A DNA stretch of 60,290 nucleotides from a virus (taxonomy: Duplodnaviria; Caudoviricetes), in IMG/VR virus record IMGVR_UViG_3300049141_000058, positions 1 to 60,290 of that record; one strand, given 5' to 3'. A model generated the notes under the pieces. That model saw only the letters and a program-made list of their open reading frames with translations. It did no database searches and was not told the origin of the DNA. How positions within the stretch are numbered: the first letter of the stretch is position 1; every line of letters starts with the position of its first letter. Below, in pieces: positions 53,596 through 60,290 of the stretch. The position numbers and the translations under genes were made by a program.

Positions 53596-56500
53596 CAGCC
53601 CACCACCACCGTTCGGTTGAGCATGTCGTCCATGGCGAGGGCGTCCTGAACGCTCTTACGGGAAGCGACTTCTTTCACGAGCGCGCTGTAGTGCAGGTGG
53701 CGGTCGCCGCCGTTCCTGATGGTCTGGCTGGTCTGCACGCGGGAGGCGGACGCCGCGGCCGTGGCCCGCACGGCGCCGGCCATGCGCAGCGCAGCCGCGC
53801 GGGCCTGCGGCACTGTCTCCTCGACGCCCTGCGAGTAGCCCAGGCCCGTGAAGCGGCCGAGCCGTCGCAGGATCCGCGAGGGCGACTTGATGTCCAGCTC
53901 TACCTTGATGGTTTTCTGGATGCTCTTGGCCAGCTTCACCATCTGCTGCTCGATGAGCTTTTGCGTGGACTGCAGACCGGTCAGGTAGCCCTTGCCGCTG
54001 TTGGTGCCGGCGTCGAACATGGCGTCGGCGGCGTTCTTGCCGAATGCCGTGGTCGTCTTGTCGATCGCCGACTGTGCCGTGTTGATCTGCCGGAATTCCT
54101 TGGGGGTGGCGTCGACGAGGGCCTGGGCGTAGGCGGCTCCCTGTTCGGGTCCGGCGGTGATGATCTGCTGGAGCAGGTTCTTCGACAGGCCCCGCTCGGA
54201 CAGGATCTTGATGTTGGCGCCGAACTTCTTCAGCTGGGTCAGGCGTGTGGTGAGCCCGGACAGGATCCCGGAGGCGTTGAAGGTGTTCCCGCCGCTGGGC
54301 AGGCCGGTGAGGGAGGTGAACTGGCGTGCCTGGCCTGTGGTGTCGGCGGCGAACTGGTTCGCTTCGGCGATCTTCGCGGCGATGGCGTCGCGTTGCTTCG
54401 CCAGGGCCTGCAGTTGCCGGTTCGCGCCGCTGATCTGGGCGAGCAGCTTGTTGTCGAGGGTGGTCTTCACTCCCTTGAAGGCGTTCTTCACCGCGTTGGC
54501 GACCTTCGTCATCGCCGAGTCGATCGCCGCGGCGGTGCCGGTGAGCTGCTTGAGGAAGTCGCCGCCGACGGCCGCGGCGAGCGGCCCGGTGTCGACGCGT
54601 TTCCCGGCGACGGTGATGACGCCGCCCGAGGCGTAGCCGGTGCGCAGCCCGCGGTGGATGCGGGTGCCGACGATGCCGCCGCCCGCGTAGCCGCCGGGCC
54701 GGTTGTACGCCTTCGACAGGGAGCCGTAGCGGGCCAGCGCGTACCGCATGCTGGCGTAGATGTTGGCCATCGGGTCGACGCTGACGCCGTACATGAACGG
54801 GCCGGTCTTGCGGTACTTCCCGGCATACGCCTCGAAGGTGCCGCGGATGACCTGCATCAGCCCCACACTGGGGTGGCCTGCCTGCCAGTTGGAGTCCCAG
54901 CGGTTGACCGCGCGCGGGTTGCCGCCGGATTCCTGGTTCATGCGGCGCAACGTCGTGGACACGAGGCTCATGGACTGGTTGAGCTGGCCGAGGGCCTGCT
55001 GCACGACGCCGGTCCACCGCTGCACCCCGGGGCCGCCCTCTCCCCCGCCGGCGAGGTAGCGCATGGGGTCGACTGTCTTGCCGTTGACGCGGGCCTCGAG
55101 GTGGAGGTGGGGGCCGGTGACGTTGCCGGTCGCGCCCACGCTGCCGATCTTCGCGCCCTGTTTGATGCCGTCACCGGCGCGGGCGACCATCGCCGACATG
55201 TGCGCGTACAGCGACGCCAGCCCGCCGCCGTGGGAGACGGTGACGTGCTTGCCGTAGGGGCCGCCGGACTGCACGGACTGGACGGTGCCGCTGTCGACGG
55301 CCACGACCTTGGTTCCCGTGGCGGCGGGGAAGTCCAGGCCGGTGTGCCGGCCGCTCGCCCACATCAGGCCCCGCTTGCCGAACGGGGTGCCGTAGGGGGC
55401 GTTGACCGGCTTGACCCACGATCCGGTGGCCGGCGGGATGTCCTTGCCGCGGATGTAGTCAATGGCCTTGTCGATGAGGCCGATCGGCGCGGCGGCGATC
55501 ATGCCGGGGAAGGTGTTCCTGTTGCTGCCGAGGGCTTTGGTGAGGCCGTTCTTGACCGGCTTGAACGCTTTCTCGGCGAGGTCGGCGAGTCCGCCGCGGA
55601 CGGCGTCGGCGCCCTTGCCGAGGGCTTTACCGACTCCCGAGGCGATGCCGGAGCCGATGTCGCCGATGGCGCCGAGGATGCCTCCTTCGGCGAAGCCATA
55701 CTGCATGCGGGCCACTGCCGGGTGCTGGCCGCGCATCGCGGCCTGGTTCATCGCGTACAGGCGCTGCCGCTCATACGGGTCGCGCATGACCTCGGAGACG
55801 TACACGCCCTCGCCGCGCCGCATAGGGACGAGCTGGTCGTCACCCTGCCGCCAAGTGGACCAGCCGGGGAGGATGCCGCCGCGGGCGAAGCCCTTGGGCA
55901 GGTTCATCGTCTTCAGGTCGGGAACGCCGGGGATTTTCGCGGCCGTCCGATTCCAGACTGAGACAATTCCGCGGTTATAGGCCGTTTCTATCCAGAATCG
56001 GATGGGGGCTTTGACGAGGTTTTGGATGCGCTGCCAGATGGTGCCGATGCCGTCTCGGATGCCGCGGAACGCGTCCTTGAGCTTGTCTCCGAAGCTGTCC
56101 ACGCCGTCCCGGACGGCCTTCCACGCGTCGGCCGCGATCGACAGGACCTGGGTCCAGAAGCGGCGCCAGATCTCGGCTGCGCCGTCCTTCAGCGACCGGA
56201 ACAGGGCGACGACGCCGTCCTTGAGGGCGGTGACGATCTCTTTGAGCCGCTTCCACATGCGGCCGAACCAGTCGATCGCCCCTCGCACGATGTCGGGGAT
56301 GATCGAGTGGCCCAGCAGGACGTCGAAGAGCCATTCGAACTTGTCGACGACCCACTCGACAGCGTCTGTGACCGCCTCGACGAACCTCGTCAGCCAGCCG
56401 ATGACGGTGTTCACGATGGGCACCAACTGGCCCAGCGCGACCGTGAGCAGCCCTGTCAACAGCCCGGCCAGCTGCACGATCAGCGGCATCAGCGGGGTGA

Positions 56501-59426
56501 GTACCTGAACCGCGAGACCGATCAGGGCCACGGCGAGATCCGCCAGCGGGGGAAGCAGAGGCGTCAACGCCTCGTACAGCGGCACGAACAGTGGGGCAAG
56601 CTGCGAGAACAGCGTCCCGAACAAGCGGATCGCGGGGATCAGGGCCGTGATGATCGGCTGAAGGAACGACACCAGCGCGCCGACGATGACCCGCAGCCCT
56701 TCGCCGACGACGGCGATGAGAGGGGCGACCGCGTCCAGGATCGCACTGATCAGCTGACCGATCGGCTGCAGCACCGGCAGCAGCAGCACAGCGAGGTCGG
56801 AGATGATGGCGACGGCGTCGGTGATGATCGGTAGCAGGGCCTGAATGATCGGCGTCAGCGCGGTGGCGAGACCGCCGAAAATCTGGGCGATGACCGGGCC
56901 GAGCTGCGTGGCGAGCTGCTGCACCACCGGCGACAGCAAGGCCAGCAGCGGCAGCACGGCCTGCAATGCCGCGCCGAGCGCACCGGCGAGAAGGGCCGCG
57001 ACCGCGCTGAGCGCCTTGAACACCTGGGTGAGGGCTGCCTGCATCTCGGGCAGTTCGATGACGCGGCGGATCTCGGCGAGCGCCGCGCCGATCACGGCGA
57101 AGAAGTCCCCGCCCGCGGCGCCGGCCGCCCGGAAGATCCCGGCGAAGATGCCGCCCAGATCTCCGAGCACCTGTCCGAACTGGATGGCCACGTCGAGTGC
57201 CGTGTTGATCGCCTCGGTGAGGCTGCCGTCCTCCAGCCCTTCGGCGAGGCGGGCCATGGCACGGTCCATCGCAGATGCGGCACCCGACGCGATGCGGTCG
57301 AACGCGGGCTGCGCGGCGATCGACAGCCCAGCGAACCCCGTGACGAGCTGACCCGGTATGCGGGAGACCGTGGCCAGGTTGGTGCGCAGGCCGGCGAAGA
57401 CCTGGCCGAGCTGCCCGGTCCGTTCCAGGTTCGATACCGCGCCGAGCGCGCTGAGGCCCATCCGGTTCAGCTCGGTGGTGGCCCCGACGAGGCCGCTCCT
57501 CACCGTGGGCAGGATCTGCCCGCCGACCTGCTGCAGGCGGGTGCCCAGCCCAGCGAACAGGGCGTCCTGCACGTCGAGCCGCATGCCGCGCCAGGCGGGC
57601 GCCATCGCCTGCAGGGTGTTAACGAAGCCGCGGGCGTTCGGGCTGAGCTTGGCCATGGCCTCGTCGAGCTTCGTCGTCTGCGCTGCTGCGGCCTGCTGCG
57701 CGTCGGCGACCTGCCGGGCGGCGTCAGCAACGGCCTGCTGCGCGTTGGCGATATCGCGCTGGCCTTCCGCCTGCGCCTCAGCGATGCCGCGCTGCGCGTC
57801 GGCCAGGGCCCGCTCGCGGTCGGCTATCTGCTCGTTGACTCCGGCGACCTGCTGCTTGGCCTGCACGACAGCCTGCGCGCCCTCGACGCCGGCCTGGTTG
57901 GCGGCGGCGGTGTCCTGCTCCAGGCGCGCGACCTCGATGCGCTGCTCCTCGAGGGACTGCATGGCCCTCTGGTGCGCGAGTTCGGCTTGCTGGATCTGCA
58001 GCTGCGTTGCCGTCGGGTCGCTGCGGGCCGCTTGGAGATCGAGTTCGGCCTGTTGGAGGGCGAGGGTGGCCTCTTCCTCGGACAGGCGGCCACTTTGGAG
58101 GCGCTGGTTGAGGTCTTCCAGGTCGCGGACGGCCTGTCGGCGGGCGTCGGTCAAATCTTGCTGTGCTTGGCGGGCGTCCCGCTGGGCGCGGGCGAGGTCG
58201 CGTTCGGCGTCGGCGACTTGCCGGTTGGCCTGGGCGACACGCTCCGCGGACTGCCGCTGGGCGTCCTGCAGGGAGCGCTGGGCGCGCGCCAGGGCCCGCT
58301 GCGCGTTCTCCACCTGCCTGGTCGCTGAGGCGGCCTTGGTGGCTTCGCTGGCGACGGGCTGGAAAGCGGCTTTCACCGCGTCGGAGACGCCGGTGAGGCC
58401 GACCTTGATGGCGGCGAACCCGCCGATGAGGAGACCGAGAGCCGGCGCGGCGGTCGCTGCGAGCGGCCCGAGCTGGGCGATGGCCGAGCCGAGCGACACG
58501 ATCGACGGCAGCGCGGCAAGGGCGGCGGTGCCGATCAGTGCGATCCGTCTGCCGAGGGTGGTCATCCCCCGCCCACCGCCGCTGCTGCTGTCGCCAAGGG
58601 TGCCGAGGCCGGCGGTCAGCGCGGCCAGGCCGGTGGAGCGGACGCGGACGTTGACGGTGCGGTCGCGTGTGAGGAAGGTGAGCGCGCCGTTGGCGGCGGT
58701 CGTGTCGGCACGGGCCTGCACGGTCATCTGCCGTCGGCGGGTGAGGTTGGCGAGGCTGTCGGCGGCGACGCGGGTGTCGACGTCGACGCCGATGCGGACC
58801 TGGCGCCGCTGGGTCAGGTTGCGGATCTCCTGCGCGCCGACCCGGGTGTCCACGGATGCGCGAATGTTGACGACTCGGTCCGCGGTGAGTCGGTCCAGTT
58901 GCCGCTGCGCCGTGTTGTAGGCGGCCTGCTGGATCTGCGGCAGGACGTCGACGGTGCGTTGGCCCAGAAGGCTGTTGAGTCGCTGGCGAGTGCCGGTCTC
59001 ATCAAGGTTGAGACCGATGTTGATCGTGCGGTCTGCTGTCAGGCGGTTGAGGGACTGGGTGGCGGCCCGCTCGTCGAGCTGGGCCGTCACCTTGACGGTT
59101 CGGTCCTGCGTCAGCCGGCGCATGCCGGCCGTGGCGGCCCTGTCGTCGAGCTGGGCGGTGAGGGTGACGGTGCGGTTGCGTGCAAGCTGGTCGAGTTGGC
59201 GTCGTGCATTCGCCGCCTGTACTTGGACGCCGACCTTCACGACCGGTGTCAGCCTGGCGAGACGGGCCTGTATCTGGCGGGAGATGAGATCGCCGGCCGT
59301 GTCTCCGGCAGCGATGGCGGGCTGGCGGATGGCCTTGGGGAGCTCTACGCGGAGCAGGTCGCCGAACTTGGACGTGTCCGGGATGAGTGAGACCCGGGTG
59401 CGTCCGACGACGGTCGCCTCGGCCAT
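53595..59426 (-). CDS. tape measure protein with M23 peptidase and lytic transglycosylase domains
   Basis: 1943 aa; coiled coil and amphipathic repeats; HTGLDF..YAHM..GPHLHLE (M23); QESGG..GLMQ (SLT). Confidence 0.95.
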   Translation of the reverse strand: MAEATVVGRTRVSLIPDTSKFGDLLRVELPKAIRQPAIAAGDTAGDLISRQIQARLARLTPVVKVGVQVQAANARRQLDQLARNRTVTLTAQLDDRAATAGMRRLTQDRTVKVTAQLDERAATQSLNRLTADRTINIGLNLDETGTRQRLNSLLGQRTVDVLPQIQQAAYNTAQRQLDRLTADRVVNIRASVDTRVGAQEIRNLTQRRQVRIGVDVDTRVAADSLANLTRRRQMTVQARADTTAANGALTFLTRDRTVNVRVRSTGLAALTAGLGTLGDSSSGGGRGMTTLGRRIALIGTAALAALPSIVSLGSAIAQLGPLAATAAPALGLLIGGFAAIKVGLTGVSDAVKAAFQPVASEATKAASATRQVENAQRALARAQRSLQDAQRQSAERVAQANRQVADAERDLARAQRDARQAQQDLTDARRQAVRDLEDLNQRLQSGRLSEEEATLALQQAELDLQAARSDPTATQLQIQQAELAHQRAMQSLEEQRIEVARLEQDTAAANQAGVEGAQAVVQAKQQVAGVNEQIADRERALADAQRGIAEAQAEGQRDIANAQQAVADAARQVADAQQAAAAQTTKLDEAMAKLSPNARGFVNTLQAMAPAWRGMRLDVQDALFAGLGTRLQQVGGQILPTVRSGLVGATTELNRMGLSALGAVSNLERTGQLGQVFAGLRTNLATVSRIPGQLVTGFAGLSIAAQPAFDRIASGAASAMDRAMARLAEGLEDGSLTEAINTALDVAIQFGQVLGDLGGIFAGIFRAAGAAGGDFFAVIGAALAEIRRVIELPEMQAALTQVFKALSAVAALLAGALGAALQAVLPLLALLSPVVQQLATQLGPVIAQIFGGLATALTPIIQALLPIITDAVAIISDLAVLLLPVLQPIGQLISAILDAVAPLIAVVGEGLRVIVGALVSFLQPIITALIPAIRLFGTLFSQLAPLFVPLYEALTPLLPPLADLAVALIGLAVQVLTPLMPLIVQLAGLLTGLLTVALGQLVPIVNTVIGWLTRFVEAVTDAVEWVVDKFEWLFDVLLGHSIIPDIVRGAIDWFGRMWKRLKEIVTALKDGVVALFRSLKDGAAEIWRRFWTQVLSIAADAWKAVRDGVDSFGDKLKDAFRGIRDGIGTIWQRIQNLVKAPIRFWIETAYNRGIVSVWNRTAAKIPGVPDLKTMNLPKGFARGGILPGWSTWRQGDDQLVPMRRGEGVYVSEVMRDPYERQRLYAMNQAAMRGQHPAVARMQYGFAEGGILGAIGDIGSGIASGVGKALGKGADAVRGGLADLAEKAFKPVKNGLTKALGSNRNTFPGMIAAAPIGLIDKAIDYIRGKDIPPATGSWVKPVNAPYGTPFGKRGLMWASGRHTGLDFPAATGTKVVAVDSGTVQSVQSGGPYGKHVTVSHGGGLASLYAHMSAMVARAGDGIKQGAKIGSVGATGNVTGPHLHLEARVNGKTVDPMRYLAGGGEGGPGVQRWTGVVQQALGQLNQSMSLVSTTLRRMNQESGGNPRAVNRWDSNWQAGHPSVGLMQVIRGTFEAYAGKYRKTGPFMYGVSVDPMANIYASMRYALARYGSLSKAYNRPGGYAGGGIVGTRIHRGLRTGYASGGVITVAGKRVDTGPLAAAVGGDFLKQLTGTAAAIDSAMTKVANAVKNAFKGVKTTLDNKLLAQISGANRQLQALAKQRDAIAAKIAEANQFAADTTGQARQFTSLTGLPSGGNTFNASGILSGLTTRLTQLKKFGANIKILSERGLSKNLLQQIITAGPEQGAAYAQALVDATPKEFRQINTAQSAIDKTTTAFGKNAADAMFDAGTNSGKGYLTGLQSTQKLIEQQMVKLAKSIQKTIKVELDIKSPSRILRRLGRFTGLGYSQGVEETVPQARAAALRMAGAVRATAAASASRVQTSQTIRNGGDRHLHYSALVKEVASRKSVQDALAMDDMLNRTVVVG

Positions 59427-59441
59427 TCCGCCTCCCCTCCG

Positions 59442-59942
59442 CTATCCGTGTGCCGTCTGCAGTTCGGCGATCCGGGCCCGCCACTGCGCTATCTCCGCTT
59501 CGTCGTCCCGGCGGGTGCCGGGCGAGAATGCGTTCAGGTACTCCTCGGCGCGTTGCTGCGCCTCGGCTTTCGCTTCGTCGTCTGCCTCGTGCTCTTCCAT
59601 GGCCGGGGGCTGCACGGGTTCCATGTCGGGTGGCCGGCCCTTGAGGTGGGCGGCCCACAGGATCCGCACCAGCATCAGAAGCGCGTTGTACTGGGCGGCG
59701 GCGAGGAAGGTTCCGGACGTCCAGCGGCGCCCCTCCAGGTCTCCGGCGACAGCGGCTTTGGTTGCGGAGTCCTCCGGGAGTGCTTGGACCAGGTCGCGGA
59801 GTTCGGCCCAGTTCATTGAGCCTTCGCCCCAGGACATGGCCCAGAACTCTTCTAGGCGGCGGCCGGGGTAGTAGCGCTGGATGTCGGCTCGGAGGCTCCC
59901 GGCGTGCTCGCGGAGGACGTCGAGGAGCCACTGCCTTCCCCC
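59442..59942 (-). CDS. tail assembly chaperone, -1 frameshift extension (GT)
   Basis: Slippery GGGGGAA at 59942-59936; the -1 frame reads GRQWLLDVLREHAGSLRADIQRYY...ALPEDSAT. Confidence 0.85.
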   Translation of the reverse strand, partial: GGRQWLLDVLREHAGSLRADIQRYYPGRRLEEFWAMSWGEGSMNWAELRDLVQALPEDSATKAAVAGDLEGRRWTSGTFLAAAQYNALLMLVRILWAAHLKGRPPDMEPVQPPAMEEHEADDEAKAEAQQRAEEYLNAFSPGTRRDDEAEIAQWRARIAELQTAHG

Positions 59943-60265
59943 TCCGTCGTCCCCGCCTCGTCAGCGAGTGCCTCGACGATGTCCTTGAGTTCGCCGACGG
60001 TGAGCTTGCCGACCTTGACGAGCCGGTCGAAGGACTCGGGTGGGAGGGCGAGTTCGCGGAGGAGGCCGATGTTGGCGTCTCCTCCCTTCTCTTGGACCTC
60101 CTCGATGACCTCGACGGGCCAGTCGTCCTGGGTGGGCAGGGTGCACACTTCCTCGAGGCCGTTCTCGTTCTCGAAGTAGATGTCGACGAACTGGGTCTTG
60201 GCTGCGGCGGCGCGCTGGGCGCGCATCTGCTGGAGGCGGATGACCTTGCGGTTTGGCTTGGACAC
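59852..60265 (-). CDS. tail assembly chaperone (G)
   Basis: 137 aa upstream of the TMP, ending ..TEGEGSGSSTSS; GAAGGAAA RBS. Confidence 0.85.
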   Translation of the reverse strand: MSKPNRKVIRLQQMRAQRAAAAKTQFVDIYFENENGLEEVCTLPTQDDWPVEVIEEVQEKGGDANIGLLRELALPPESFDRLVKVGKLTVGELKDIVEALADEAGTTEGEGSGSSTSSASTPGASEPTSSATTPAAA

Positions 60266-60290
60266 GATCGTTTCCTTCGTGGGCGGGGGC

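Noticed and set aside
53574-55961. 795-aa plus-strand ORF (and similar ones at 47682..49514, 15013..16362, 57358..58920, 4031..5254)
   Set aside because: Antisense shadows of real minus-strand genes caused by high GC3; no motifs or RBS.

Overview
This window is about 60 kb of a high-GC temperate actinophage (Streptomyces-like siphovirus) in its unintegrated form, since attP is intact. From right to left it holds: (1) tail genes (frameshifted chaperones, tape measure with M23 and SLT domains, Dit, Tal-like protein, SGNH and CHAP tail proteins); (2) a lysis cassette; (3) an accessory region (second Cre-like recombinase, tRNA-like element, Ku, mini-LexA, catalytically altered ImmA/IrrE, GntR); (4) attP carrying the 3' end of a chorismate mutase gene, a tyrosine integrase and a CI/Cro/Xis switch; (5) a long leftward early operon (beta clamp, DnaQ, YqaJ/RecT, WhiB, initiator with iterons, DnaC-like, DnaB, HNH, C5 methyltransferase). 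The most striking locus is 3439-5754, a candidate combined RNA and protein anti-CRISPR island. It contains a cas-less mini-array of five mutually divergent type I-E CRISPR repeats with mostly truncated spacers (33, 19, 20 and 13 nt). The array converges on a two-gene operon that ends in an acidic protein fused to an Aca2/YdiL-like domain. That operon's promoter has a perfect inverted repeat between -35 and -10, and its 5'UTR has an RBS-occluding hairpin. All family assignments are from motif recognition by eye; no searches were run.
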